DNA of 64,000 bases from Candidatus Moraniibacteriota bacterium (GCA_013336225.1 JAAXUC010000003.1:9564-73563), one strand, 5' to 3'; positions 45,761 to 55,417 are shown, counted from the stretch's first letter. Numbers and translations are program-made. The notes: generated by a model from the sequence alone, not told the origin.

Positions 45761-45839
45761 GGATTTGAACCTGCACCTCCTCAGTGTAAGAGATTGAGAA
45801 TAAGCGAGCAATCTCCACTCTGGTGAGCTACTGGCCCAT
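45761..45839 (-). pseudogene. tRNA-like remnant (Ala-tRNA paralog lacking a 3' acceptor strand, with a ~19-nt insertion)
   Basis: GGGCCAGTAGCTCACCAGAGTGGAGA[TTGCTCGCTTATTCTCAAT]CTCTTACACTGAGGAGGTGCAGGTTCAAATCC aligns with the adjacent tRNA-Ala. It has no complementary 3' acceptor. Confidence 0.3.
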
Positions 45840-46049
45840 AATATTGCAAAAATGGACAACTAGAACTATTATACAGGAAAGATTTATTTTGTCTATACCT
45901 GAAAAAATACCGCAGGTAAGCATCATTTGATTGAATCATGATTTTTGTGTCCATCATTGACAAAAAAGGCTTGATGGTGTATGTTTAATTCATAAAGAAG
46001 CCCCCAGGGCTTTTTAAAAAACCCAAATTTTCATAACAATAAACAACAT

Positions 46050-46235
46050 ATGAATAAAGTTATACAGTTTTTCCTTGAGGCTAAGGCAGAAATGCTGAAA
46101 GTTAATTGGCCCACCAGGAAACAAACTGCAAATTACACCTTGTTGGTGGTTGCTGTTAGCATCGTTGTGGCAGGTTTTCTCGGAGGATTAGACTGGGTCT
46201 TTAGCTACATTTTGAAAACATTTATTATCAAATAG
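46050..46235 (+). CDS. secE: Preprotein translocase subunit SecE
   Basis: 61 aa with a single C-terminal TM. Canonical secE-nusG-rplK-rplA context. Confidence 0.8.
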   Translation: MNKVIQFFLEAKAEMLKVNWPTRKQTANYTLLVVAVSIVVAGFLGGLDWVFSYILKTFIIK

Positions 46236-46265
46236 ATTTAAACTTAAACTAAACTAATATATATT

Positions 46266-46811
46266 ATGGCAAAGCAGACACAACATCATGGGCGAGCTTG
46301 GTATGTGATTCACACATATTCTGGTTATGAAGACAATGTTACTCGAAATTTGAAGCAGCGTATTGAATCAATGGATATGCAAGACCTCATCTTTGATGTA
46401 ATGGTGCCAAAGGAAAACAAGATTAAAATCAAGAACGGAAAAAGAACTGTGATTGAGGAAAGAATCTATCCTGGATATGTACTTGTGAATATGGTGGTGA
46501 CGGACGCCTCATGGTATGTGGTGCGAAACACTCCTAATGTAACTGGTTTCATTGGTCTGGGAACAACACCAACTCCAGTTGATCCAAAAGAAATTGAAAT
46601 GCTTAAGAAGAGAATGGGAGTTTCTGAGCCGAAATATAAAATCGATCTTAAGAATGGCGACGCTGTTAAAATCAATGAAGGACCATTTAAAGACTTTGAT
46701 GGAAAGGTTCAAGAGTTTGATGAAGAGAAAGGTAAAGTAAAAGTGTTGGTAACAATTTTTGGAAGAGAAACGCCTGTCGAACTGGATTTCTTGCAAATCA
46801 CTAAGATATAA
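46266..46811 (+). CDS. nusG: Transcription termination/antitermination factor NusG
   Basis: NGN domain (WYVIHTYSGYE) and a C-terminal KOW (GDAVKINEGPFKDFDGKVQEFDEEKGKVKV). Confidence 0.9.
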   Translation: MAKQTQHHGRAWYVIHTYSGYEDNVTRNLKQRIESMDMQDLIFDVMVPKENKIKIKNGKRTVIEERIYPGYVLVNMVVTDASWYVVRNTPNVTGFIGLGTTPTPVDPKEIEMLKKRMGVSEPKYKIDLKNGDAVKINEGPFKDFDGKVQEFDEEKGKVKVLVTIFGRETPVELDFLQITKI

Positions 46812-46838
46812 TAATAAGTAACCTAACGAATAAATAAT

Positions 46839-47267
46839 ATGGCAAAGAAAATTAAAGTAGTTATTAAATTGCAAATCATCGGTGGAAAAGCTAATCCAGC
46901 TCCTCCAGTAGGGCCAGTTTTGGGTCAACACGGGGTGGCCATTCAGGAATTCTGCGTGCGTTTCAATGATCAAACTCGTGACAAGATGGGAGAAGTTGTG
47001 CCATGTGAAATCACTGTCTATGAAGATCGAACATTTGACTTCATCATGAAGACTGCTCCAGCCGCTGAACTTTTGAAGAAAGCTGCAGGTGCTGAAAAAG
47101 GTGCTGCAAATCCTCTTAAGGACAAAGTTGGAAGCGTTGTGACCAAAGCTCAATTGGAAGAAATTGCCAAGACCAAGATGGTTGATTTGAACGCTAATGA
47201 TGTTGAGGGAGCAATGAAGATCGTGGCTGGAACTGCACGTTCAATGGGAATCAAGATTGAAAACTAA
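46839..47267 (+). CDS. rplK: 50S ribosomal protein L11
   Basis: [33 protein letters not shown]. Confidence 0.92.
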   Translation: MAKKIKVVIKLQIIGGKANPAPPVGPVLGQHGVAIQEFCVRFNDQTRDKMGEVVPCEITVYEDRTFDFIMKTAPAAELLKKAAGAEKGAANPLKDKVGSVVTKAQLEEIAKTKMVDLNANDVEGAMKIVAGTARSMGIKIEN

Positions 47268-47269
47268 AG

Positions 47270-47393
47270 CGAAAAAATCCAAAATCCAAATTACAAATGT
47301 CAAATAAAGTTCCAATGACTTAATGACAAAATTTAGATTTAGGATTTCGGATTTTATTTGACATTGAGATTTTAGATTTGAGATTTATTATTT
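47270..47393. repeat. AT-rich palindromic element (aaaatccaaattacaaa heptamer family) in the L11–L1 spacer
   Basis: aaaatccaaaatccaaattacaaatgtcaaataaa … tttatttgacattgagattttagatttgagattt. The motif aaaatccaaattacaaa recurs at 42556. Confidence 0.55.
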
Positions 47394-47453
47394 TTAATAT
47401 GTGGGAGAATTCAGTAATTTATTACGTAATTCGTTTAACCACAGAATAATTCT

Positions 47454-48131
47454 ATGTTTAGAGGAAAAAAGTACAAGGCAGTTGCCGAAAAAATCGAAAA
47501 GAATAAATTGTACACAATCGAAGAAGCTTTTGCATTGGTGAAAGAAACCAAGACTGCAAAATTTGACGAAGCTGTTGAGGTTCACATCCGATTGGCTGTT
47601 GACCCAAAGAAAGGTGACCAACAAGTTCGCGCTGCTGTTGTCCTTCCACATGGAATCGGCAAGGCTGCCAGAATTGCTGTAATCACTTCAACCAAAGCAA
47701 CTGAAGCCAAAGAGGCTGGTGCTGACTTCGTTGGAGCTGAAGATTTGATTGAAAAAATCAAACTTGGAAAAATGGAAGAAGTCGATGTGATCGTTGCAAG
47801 TCCGGAAATGATGCCGAAACTTGCAGTTGTTGCCAAAATCCTTGGACCCCGTGGGCTTATGCCTTCTCCAAAGACTGAAACAGTGACTGACAAGATCAAG
47901 GAGGCTGTGGAAATGCTTAAAAAAGGAAAGCTTAGTTTCAAGAATGATAACACTGGAAACGTTCACCAAGTGATTGGAAAAGTTTCTTTCGATGCTAAAA
48001 AACTTGAAGAAAACTATGCAACTTTTGCAGACGCAGTTCAAAAGGCTCGTCCAGCTGGAATCAAAGGAAAATATGTGATGTCAATTTCCATCTGCTCAAC
48101 CATGGGACCTGGAATCAAGATCGCATTGTAG
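47454..48131 (+). CDS. rplA: 50S ribosomal protein L1
   Basis: 225 aa, typical L1 sequence (…VHIRLAVDPKKGDQQVRAAVVLPHG…). Confidence 0.92.
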   Translation: MFRGKKYKAVAEKIEKNKLYTIEEAFALVKETKTAKFDEAVEVHIRLAVDPKKGDQQVRAAVVLPHGIGKAARIAVITSTKATEAKEAGADFVGAEDLIEKIKLGKMEEVDVIVASPEMMPKLAVVAKILGPRGLMPSPKTETVTDKIKEAVEMLKKGKLSFKNDNTGNVHQVIGKVSFDAKKLEENYATFADAVQKARPAGIKGKYVMSISICSTMGPGIKIAL

Positions 48132-48147
48132 TTTTTAGAAAATCTTT

Positions 48148-48180
48148 AAAAAAGACGCTTCACAAGAAGCGTCTTTTTTG
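48148..48180 (+). terminator. Rho-independent terminator after rplA
   Basis: aaaaagacgcttcacaagaagcgtctttttt. Confidence 0.75.
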
Positions 48181-48310
48181 TGGTCTAATATTTACCCTGT
48201 TAAATTGCTCCGCACCCAGCTTTGCTGGGATTTAGCTGGGTGAACTTTGACGTGATGAATATTGATGAGTATAATAAAGGGACAATGATAATCTTTAAAT
48301 TTGCATAAAT

Positions 48311-48811
48311 ATGACAGAAAAACAAAATCGAATGAGAGAGGGATATTTTGGTTGGGATGAAACTTTTATGCAGATGTGTCGTGTGATTTCAAATCGCTCA
48401 AAAGATCCAACTACGCAAGTTGGCGCTTGTATTGTGAATGATAAAAATATAATTCTGGGGATGGGCTATAATGGATTTCCTCGTGGCTGTAAGGATGCTG
48501 ATTTGACGTGGAACAGGGATGGCAGTTTGTGCGAAACAAAGTATGCATATGTGGTTCATGCTGAAATGAACGCGATATTAAATGCGAATGGACCAACTGA
48601 AGGAGCAAGGTTGTATTGCAAAATGTTTCCTTGTAATGAATGTGCAAAAGTTATTATCCAAGCTGGAATTAAGGAAGTTATTTTCGAAAGCGATGAATAT
48701 AGAAGTAATAGCAATGATGTTAAAGTGGCCGCACATAAAATGCTTGATTTGGCTGGCGTTGTTTGCAAACAATATGTTCCAAAGAATGAACTAATTTTTA
48801 AGGAAAATTAA
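48311..48811 (+). CDS. dCMP deaminase (cytidine/deoxycytidylate deaminase family)
   Basis: Zinc motifs HAEMNAIL and PCNECAKVI, 166 aa. Confidence 0.8.
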   Translation: MTEKQNRMREGYFGWDETFMQMCRVISNRSKDPTTQVGACIVNDKNIILGMGYNGFPRGCKDADLTWNRDGSLCETKYAYVVHAEMNAILNANGPTEGARLYCKMFPCNECAKVIIQAGIKEVIFESDEYRSNSNDVKVAAHKMLDLAGVVCKQYVPKNELIFKEN

Positions 48812-48815
48812 AAAC

Positions 48816-49370
48816 ATGGCAAAATTAATCTTGGGAATCACGGGTGAGATGGGAAGCGGGAAAGGCACGATTGCAAAACATGCCTCACTTGAGCACAAGG
48901 CAAGCACAAGGCGCTTTTCAACAATTTTAAGAGATTTGCTTGATCGTGTCTATGTTGAGCAAACCAGAGAAAACATTTCAACCATTTCAACGATCTTGCG
49001 CAAAAATTTCAGTGAAGATATTTTGGCTAAGGCGATGTATCATGACACGGAAAATGACACGCACAAGATTGTGATTGTAGATGGTGTTCGTCGTTTAGCT
49101 GACATTGCCTATTTGCGAGAACTGCCACATTTCAAGCTTGTGTATATTGAAGCCAGTATGGAAAATCGCTATGAGCGCATCGTGAAAAGAGCTGAAAACA
49201 CTGATGATGCTGCCAAAACTTTTGAACAATTCAAAAAAGATCATGAGCTTGAAACCGAACTTCAAATTAGGGATTTGAAAAATTATTCCAATTATGTTGT
49301 GAATAATGACGGCACCTATGCAGATTTGTATGACCAAGTGAACAAAATAATTGCTGAGAATATCGCGTAA
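48816..49370 (+). CDS. P-loop nucleotide/nucleoside kinase (dNMP kinase-like)
   Basis: Walker A GITGEMGSGKGT and VIVDGVRR. It lies between the dCMP deaminase and thyA. Confidence 0.5.
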   Translation: MAKLILGITGEMGSGKGTIAKHASLEHKASTRRFSTILRDLLDRVYVEQTRENISTISTILRKNFSEDILAKAMYHDTENDTHKIVIVDGVRRLADIAYLRELPHFKLVYIEASMENRYERIVKRAENTDDAAKTFEQFKKDHELETELQIRDLKNYSNYVVNNDGTYADLYDQVNKIIAENIA

Positions 49371-49395
49371 TATATTTTCTTAATTTTCAATACAT

Positions 49396-50307
49396 ATGAA
49401 GCAGTATTTGGATTTATTGCAACACATTTTGGATAATGGAGTTCAAAAAAGTGACCGCACTGGAGTGGGCACCAAGAGCGTTTTTGGATATCAGATGCGC
49501 TTTGATTTGCAAAAAGGTTTTCCACTTTTGACAACCAAAAAAGTTTTCCTGAAAGGAATCATTCATGAACTCATTTGGTTTTTGAAGGGGGATTCGAACA
49601 TTAAATATTTGGTTGATAATGATGTGCACATTTGGAATGACTGGCCATTTCAGGCATATCTGGAAAAAAACGATTTGGCTGAAAAATTTCCAAAATATTC
49701 AGATGAATGGAAAGCGGAAATGAAAAACTATGTTGAAAAGATCAAAACCAATGAAGCTTTTGCGAAAGCATGGGGAGAACTTGGACCAGTCTATGGTGTG
49801 CAATGGAGACACTGGAGAACAACTGATGGCAAAGAAATTGACCAAGTTGCTCAAATCATTGAGATGATCAAAAAAAATCCAGATTCGCGTCGTATCATTT
49901 TGTCAGCTTGGAACGTGGGGGATATCGACAAAATGGCGCTGCCGCCATGTCATCTGCTTTTTCAATTCAATGTGGCCAATGGGAAACTTTCTTGCCAGCT
50001 CTATCAACGAAGCGCAGACACCTTGCTTGGAGTTCCGTTTAACATTGCTTCCTATGCGCTGCTGACCATGATGATTGCGCAAGCTTGCGGACTGGAGGCT
50101 GGAGAATTTGTGCACACCTTGGGCGACGCACATATTTATAATTTTCATTTTGACCAAGTGGCTGAGCAGCTTTCTCGCGACACACGCGAGCTGCCAACGA
50201 TGAAAATAAATCCCGAAGTGAAAGATATTTTTGATTTTAAATATGAAGATTTTGTTTTGGAGAATTATGATCCGCATCCGGCCATCAAGGCGCCAATTGC
50301 AGTTTAG
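49396..50307 (+). CDS. thyA: Thymidylate synthase
   Basis: [15 protein letters not shown]…DRTGVGT…, catalytic PPCH, 303 aa. Confidence 0.92.
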   Translation: MKQYLDLLQHILDNGVQKSDRTGVGTKSVFGYQMRFDLQKGFPLLTTKKVFLKGIIHELIWFLKGDSNIKYLVDNDVHIWNDWPFQAYLEKNDLAEKFPKYSDEWKAEMKNYVEKIKTNEAFAKAWGELGPVYGVQWRHWRTTDGKEIDQVAQIIEMIKKNPDSRRIILSAWNVGDIDKMALPPCHLLFQFNVANGKLSCQLYQRSADTLLGVPFNIASYALLTMMIAQACGLEAGEFVHTLGDAHIYNFHFDQVAEQLSRDTRELPTMKINPEVKDIFDFKYEDFVLENYDPHPAIKAPIAV

Positions 50308-50329
50308 CAGTAAATTAATTAAATTCAGG

Positions 50330-50405
50330 TTGTGTCATTCCCTTGAAAAAGGGAATCTAGGCCCGCATTAGAACCTGGATTCCCGCCTCCGCGGGAATGA
50401 CAAAG
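50330..50405. other. GC-rich inverted-repeat/hairpin cluster in the thyA–folA spacer
   Basis: tgtcattccc…gggaatgaca outer inverted repeat, enclosing the perfect hairpin attcccgcctccgcgggaat. Confidence 0.3.
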
Positions 50406-50441
50406 TGGGATTTATTTATTTGAAATTTTTAAAAATAAATC

Positions 50442-50927
50442 ATGAACAATCCAAAAATCAGTATCATTTGTGCGATTGCAGAAAATAGAGCCATTGGAAA
50501 AAACAATGACCTGCTTTGGCATATCAAGGAAGATTTCAAATTTTTCAAAGAAAAAACGACTGGACATGTTATTGTGATGGGGCAAAAAACTTTTGAATCA
50601 ATTGGAAAACCTCTGCCAAATCGCACGACCATTGTGCTCTCCAATGATCCGACATTCAATGTTGAAGGCGTCATTGTGGCTCGCACATTTGATGAAGTTT
50701 TTGTCAAAGCGCGCGAAATTGAAAAAGAAGAAGTTTTCATTTGCGGCGGCGGTAGTGTCTATGCGCAGACGATCGGCATGGCTGATAAATTATATCTGAC
50801 AGTGGTGAAAGGTGATTTTGATGCAGATGTCTTTTTTCCGGAATATGGAGAGTTCACAAAAGTTGTCAGTGAAAGAAAAAGTTCAGATGAAAATTTCAAA
50901 TATTCATTTTTAGAATTAGAAAGATAG
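50442..50927 (+). CDS. folA: Dihydrofolate reductase
   Basis: ISIICAIAENRAIGKNNDLLWHIKEDFKFFKEKTTGHVIVMGQKTFESIG. Confidence 0.88.
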   Translation: MNNPKISIICAIAENRAIGKNNDLLWHIKEDFKFFKEKTTGHVIVMGQKTFESIGKPLPNRTTIVLSNDPTFNVEGVIVARTFDEVFVKAREIEKEEVFICGGGSVYAQTIGMADKLYLTVVKGDFDADVFFPEYGEFTKVVSERKSSDENFKYSFLELER

Positions 50928-50929
50928 AT

Positions 50930-51526
50930 ATGGAAAAAGGAAAATTTATTGCGATTTATGGAATTAATGGAATTGGGAAAACTACCCAGGTTGAATTGCT
51001 GGTGGAATATTTGAAAAAACAAGGCAAGAATGCTTCACGCTTGAAATATCCGGTGTATGACTTGGAACCAGAAGGACCTTTTATTTATTCCTATTTGCGC
51101 GATGTTGAATTTCGCAAAAATAATGAGCTTTCAACGCATAAATTGCAAAAGAAATATGCGGAAAATCGCATGCGTTATGAACCAATTTTGCGAGAGCGCT
51201 TGAAAAATGGGGAATGGATTGTGGCTGAGGATTATACGGGCACAGGAATTTCTTGGGGGCTGACTTGGGGTGGAAAACTTGAATATGTTGAGGATATTAA
51301 CGAGGATTTGCTGAAGCCAGATTTGGAGATTCTCATGAACGGACCAAGATTCTTGAGTGCGATAGAAAAAGATCATCGCAATGAAATGGATAGTGAACGG
51401 ATTGAGATTTGCAAGAATTTTCACTTCTTGCTCTCAGATCGTTATGGTTGGACAAAGGTGAATGCAAAACAGAAGATTGCAAAAGTGCAAGAAGATATCA
51501 TCAAGGAGATTGAAAAGATAATGTAA
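50930..51526 (+). CDS. tmk: Thymidylate kinase-like P-loop kinase
   Basis: GKFIAIYGINGIGKTTQ P-loop. Downstream EDYTGTG…KPDLEILMNG parallel the DRY/PDL blocks of Tmk. The assignment is tentative. Confidence 0.5.
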   Translation: MEKGKFIAIYGINGIGKTTQVELLVEYLKKQGKNASRLKYPVYDLEPEGPFIYSYLRDVEFRKNNELSTHKLQKKYAENRMRYEPILRERLKNGEWIVAEDYTGTGISWGLTWGGKLEYVEDINEDLLKPDLEILMNGPRFLSAIEKDHRNEMDSERIEICKNFHFLLSDRYGWTKVNAKQKIAKVQEDIIKEIEKIM

Positions 51527-51528
51527 AT

Positions 51529-51960
51529 GTGATTATGAAAATTCAAATTAAAAAACTTCATCCTGATGCGAAAATTCCAAAGTTCGCACTTGCCGGTGAC
51601 GTCGGAATGGATTTATATTCCGTGGCTGATATTATCATTAAGCCAGGTGAGCGAGCTTCATGTCCAACTGGAATTGCGATCAAAATTCCCAGTGGTTATG
51701 CTGCGCTGATTTGGGATAAGAGTGGCCCATCGCACAAAGCTGGAATTAAGACACTTGGCGGAGTTATTGATAGTAATTATGTTGGAGAGTGGCTTGTTGG
51801 CCTTGTTAATTTGGGGCAAGACGCTTATGCTATAGAAAGTGGTCAAAAGATTGCACAGGTATTGATTCAAAAAATTGAACAGCCTGAAATTGAAGAAGTG
51901 GAAGAATTGGAGCAGACAAATCGTGGTAATGGTGGATTTGGTAGTACGGGGATAAAATAA
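51529..51960 (+). CDS. dut: dUTP diphosphatase
   Basis: KIPKFALAGDVGMDLYS … motifs of trimeric dUTPase, 143 aa. Confidence 0.85.
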   Translation: MIMKIQIKKLHPDAKIPKFALAGDVGMDLYSVADIIIKPGERASCPTGIAIKIPSGYAALIWDKSGPSHKAGIKTLGGVIDSNYVGEWLVGLVNLGQDAYAIESGQKIAQVLIQKIEQPEIEEVEELEQTNRGNGGFGSTGIK

Positions 51961-51979
51961 AACATTATTTTTTGTCATT

Positions 51980-52309
51980 ATGGATTTTAACGAATATCAA
52001 AAAGAAACACGCAAAACTGCCATTTATCCAGGGCTTGGAAGTAATTTTTCTTTTCCGATGATTGGATTGGCTGGAGAAACAGGTGAAGTGGCTGAAAAGA
52101 TCAAGAAAATTATTAGAGATAAAAATGGGGTTGTTGATGAGGAGGCTCGCCGAGAAGTTGAAAAAGAATTGGGTGACGTGCTTTGGTATTTGGCGCAGCT
52201 GGCCACAGAATTAGATATAGCCTTGGAGGATGTGGTTTCTCGTAATTTGGAAAAAATTGTCAGCAGGAAAGAGCGCGACATGATTCATGGAGATGGAGAT
52301 AATCGCTAG
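51980..52309 (+). CDS. MazG-like nucleotide pyrophosphohydrolase
   Basis: GLAGETGEVAEKIKK…ELGDVLWYLAQLA EExxE/D motifs. Confidence 0.7.
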   Translation: MDFNEYQKETRKTAIYPGLGSNFSFPMIGLAGETGEVAEKIKKIIRDKNGVVDEEARREVEKELGDVLWYLAQLATELDIALEDVVSRNLEKIVSRKERDMIHGDGDNR

Positions 52310-52374
52310 TATGAAATTTGAGCGTTAACAACAATTTGTTAATGCGTTAATTCGTTAATAGTTTAATAAAAAAT

Positions 52375-53862
52375 ATGGCAACTAAATATATTCCAGTTAT
52401 CGGTATGGAAGTTCATGTGGAGCTCAAAACTCATTCTAAGATGTTTTGCAATTCCAAGAATGGACTTGGCCATGAAAAACAACCCAACATTCATATTTGT
52501 CCAGTTTGCACCGCGCAGCCTGGAACTTTGCCAGTGCCAAATGCTCAGGCCATTGAATTTGTGCAGTTGGCTGGCTTGGCTCTGAATTGTGAGCTCAATT
52601 TAAAATCAAAATTTGATCGTAAGAACTATTTTTATCCTGATCTGCCGAAAGGTTATCAGATTTCGCAATTCGACCAGCCTCTTTGCGGATTGGGTCATAT
52701 GGACATTTTGACCGCCGATGGGGTAGAAAAGCACATTGGAGTGACTCGCATTCATCTTGAGGAGGACACAGGCAAGCTTATTCATCCAGGGGGCGTCGAT
52801 TATACTCTAGTGGACTATAATCGCGCTGGAGTGCCCCTTATGGAGCTTGTGACGGAACCTGACATTGAAAATGGGGAGCAAGCTCGGATATTTTGCACCC
52901 GCCTTCAGCAAATTTGCCGCTATTTGGGCATTTCTGACGCTGACATGGAAAAGGGCAACATGCGCTGCGAGGTTAATTTGTCACTTCATAAGGAAGGAGA
53001 GCCAAAATTGAGCGGAACCAAAGTTGAAGTGAAAAACATCAATTCTTTCAGGTTTGTGGAAAAAGCGATCAATTATGAAATTGAGCGTCAGACTGAAGCT
53101 TTGGAAAATGGGGAGAAAATCATTCAAGAAACTCGTGGTTGGGATAGTGTGAAAAATGTGACTGTGTCGCAGCGCAAAAAAGAATCAGCGCATGATTATC
53201 GCTATTTCCCAGAACCAGACATTCCACCAATGGAATTCACCAAAGAATATGTTGATCAATTGAGACACAAACTTCCGGAGCTTCCTGCTGCCAAGGAGGA
53301 AAGATTTACCAAGGAATATGGTTTGAATGTTGCTGACATTTTGGTGCTGACTGCCGAAGTTGATTTGGCGCAGTATTTTGAAAATGTGATCAGTGAGGTC
53401 AAGGAAAAAATGTCTGCACATGAAATTGCTGCTAGTGAAGAAAAGGTGATCAAATTGGCCGTGAACTATATCATCTCAGAAGTGCGCAAGCATTTGGCTG
53501 AAAACAATCATGACATTCGCGACATCAAAATTTCAGCTGAAAACTATGCTGAGTTCATTGGCATTGTGGCTGACGGGAAAATAAATTCCTCAGCGGCGCA
53601 AGTTGTGCTCAAGGAAATGTATCACACTGGTGGCGACCCATCGCAAATCATTGAAGAAAAAAATCTTGGACAGATGGATGATTCTGTGCAATTGGAAGAA
53701 GTCGTCAATAAAGTTCTGGGTGCCAATCAACAATCAGTTGATGATTTCAAGGCTGGCAAAGACAATGCTCTCAAATTCTTAATGGGGCAAGTCATGAAGG
53801 AATCTGGCGGCAAAGCCAATCCGCAAGTGGTGATGGAATTATTGAAAAAAAAATTAGTTTAA
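52375..53862 (+). CDS. gatB: Asp/Glu-tRNA amidotransferase subunit B
   Basis: YIPVIGMEVHVELKTHSKMFC… and a C-terminal GatB/YqeY domain, 495 aa. No gatA/gatC is adjacent. Confidence 0.9.
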   Translation: MATKYIPVIGMEVHVELKTHSKMFCNSKNGLGHEKQPNIHICPVCTAQPGTLPVPNAQAIEFVQLAGLALNCELNLKSKFDRKNYFYPDLPKGYQISQFDQPLCGLGHMDILTADGVEKHIGVTRIHLEEDTGKLIHPGGVDYTLVDYNRAGVPLMELVTEPDIENGEQARIFCTRLQQICRYLGISDADMEKGNMRCEVNLSLHKEGEPKLSGTKVEVKNINSFRFVEKAINYEIERQTEALENGEKIIQETRGWDSVKNVTVSQRKKESAHDYRYFPEPDIPPMEFTKEYVDQLRHKLPELPAAKEERFTKEYGLNVADILVLTAEVDLAQYFENVISEVKEKMSAHEIAASEEKVIKLAVNYIISEVRKHLAENNHDIRDIKISAENYAEFIGIVADGKINSSAAQVVLKEMYHTGGDPSQIIEEKNLGQMDDSVQLEEVVNKVLGANQQSVDDFKAGKDNALKFLMGQVMKESGGKANPQVVMELLKKKLV

Positions 53863-53892
53863 ATATAATATAATTCGTTTAATCAAAAAAAT

Positions 53893-54354
53893 ATGCCAAT
53901 AGAAGATTATATGTATGGCAAGGTTTCACCGGTGAAGAATAAGAAAGGTGAGAATGATATCTCAAAAGATGAGGCCAAAAAGGCTACCGGAGCACTGCAT
54001 AAAGAAATTATCAGCAAGGAAAGAATTGCTTCAAAATCGTTCAGGATTGAGCCTGTAACTGAGCATCATCAAAAATTTTTGGACAAAAATTTCGAAGATG
54101 CCTTAACTCAGCTCGCAAAAGATTTTGAGAAAATAAAAGAAGCAAAAAGAGATCTTGATATAAATGATGAAGAAAAAAAGTTAAGAGCTCTCACTTATGA
54201 TATGAGTGTCAGGAGTTTTGAAGAACGCTTAGTGAATCTGCAACTAATGAATAAGGAAAATGGCAATCAATTCTCGGAGGGACTCTCTAATGTTGCAGAG
54301 GGATTTAAGGATCTTATGGAAGAGACTGAATCAGACATTGAGATGCGAGCATAA
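53893..54354 (+). CDS. Hypothetical protein (charged, coiled-coil-like)
   Basis: 153-aa ORF ending at a bidirectional terminator. No family recognised. Confidence 0.45.
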   Translation: MPIEDYMYGKVSPVKNKKGENDISKDEAKKATGALHKEIISKERIASKSFRIEPVTEHHQKFLDKNFEDALTQLAKDFEKIKEAKRDLDINDEEKKLRALTYDMSVRSFEERLVNLQLMNKENGNQFSEGLSNVAEGFKDLMEETESDIEMRA

Positions 54355-54373
54355 GCGTATTTTATTGCAAAGT

Positions 54374-54406
54374 AAAAAGGCGTACCATGATTGGTGCGCC
54401 TTTTAT
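54374..54406. terminator. Bidirectional terminator hairpin
   Basis: aaaaaggcgtaccatgattggtgcgcctttt. Confidence 0.6.
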
Positions 54407-54771
54407 TGTAATTTAAATTCTTTTGAAAGTATCCTGCCACCAGCTTGCATGTAAAATGTTACATGGGTGGCATTAATTAAAGGTACGTCGCTTTTGATTG
54501 GAATCACCAATAAATGTCTCTCATTTGCTGCCATTATTTTTTCAAAAAATGAACATTTTGCGTTGATTAGCATGGTTGCAATTCCTGCTTCAAGAATTGT
54601 GCCACTGTTGTTGGTGAATTTCAGCACAACTCCATGTATCAATGAAATTGCATTTGCTGCGGGGTGCAGTTCAATTGAAATACTTTGTTCTCCCTTGGAA
54701 TCGACATCTATGCTAACATTTTGGCATTTTCCAATAGTGCTCGCAAAGAATGCTGCCGCTGAGCTTCCCAT
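54403..54771 (-). CDS. Hypothetical protein (122 aa)
   Basis: SD aaaaaggagg lies 8 nt before the ATG. The gene ends at the terminator. Confidence 0.55.
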   Translation of the reverse strand: MGSSAAAFFASTIGKCQNVSIDVDSKGEQSISIELHPAANAISLIHGVVLKFTNNSGTILEAGIATMLINAKCSFFEKIMAANERHLLVIPIKSDVPLINATHVTFYMQAGGRILSKEFKLQ

Positions 54772-55136
54772 GTTAGTCGCCTCCTTTTTGAAAGAACCGT
54801 ATTTTTATGCTGACTTATATTTGTAGCAATTATAGCTGTTTTTGTCAATAAAACGTTGAAATTGAGGAGTGCATAACTTTGCTTGAGCCATTTTGCGGCC
54901 AGGTGTATAATATATTTAATGGGTAAAAAAATACAAGGAAAATTTGAATATTCATCTCAAAAGAATGTGATTTAGAAATCGCCAGTAATGGTGATTTTTT
55001 TTTATTGACTTTCAAAATCTGGGATTTTGTCTAGGCAATAATATCCGAAGGATGAAGGAAAAAATGGTTCTTTCAAAAAAAAGAAGTCAAATCAAATGTA
55101 CCGAATACTGTGATATTCGGGAAGGGGAGGCTTGTC

Positions 55137-55370
55137 ATGAGAATAGAAATGAGCACAAAAAGGGAATTCTTGCTTTGCGCTAGTTGTTCGAAGTTGTATT
55201 TTTCCATTCAATGTGGCTCCGATTGCTTAACTTGCAAAGTCAAAGCACCTTGCTTAGAAGAGATGAATAGTGACAATAGAAGGTTGTTTGGGCATTGCCA
55301 GGAATGTTTTGAAAGGATGCGCATTCATGGGCATCAGCAAAAATTCGTGGCTCGTTCGATGGCTGCCTAG
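55137..55370 (+). CDS. Small Cys-rich (zinc-ribbon-like) protein
   Basis: SD aggggagg upstream. CASC…CGSDCLTC…CQEC. 77 aa. Similar layout to CDS 56962..57195. Confidence 0.45.
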   Translation: MRIEMSTKREFLLCASCSKLYFSIQCGSDCLTCKVKAPCLEEMNSDNRRLFGHCQECFERMRIHGHQQKFVARSMAA

Positions 55371-55387
55371 AAAAAATGAGCTGACAT

Positions 55388-55416
55388 GAAACATGTCAGC
55401 TCTAATTTTTTTTGAA
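55388..55416. terminator. Bidirectional terminator
   Basis: gagctgacatgaaacatgtcagctc followed by a T-run. Confidence 0.65.
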
Positions 55417-55417
55417 A

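Noticed and set aside
45985-46012. Terminator-like hairpin aagcccccagggctt upstream of secE
   Set aside because: It lies in a promoter-proximal spacer with no gene ending there on either strand. It may be a transcript-stability or processing hairpin, but I cannot call it a terminator.
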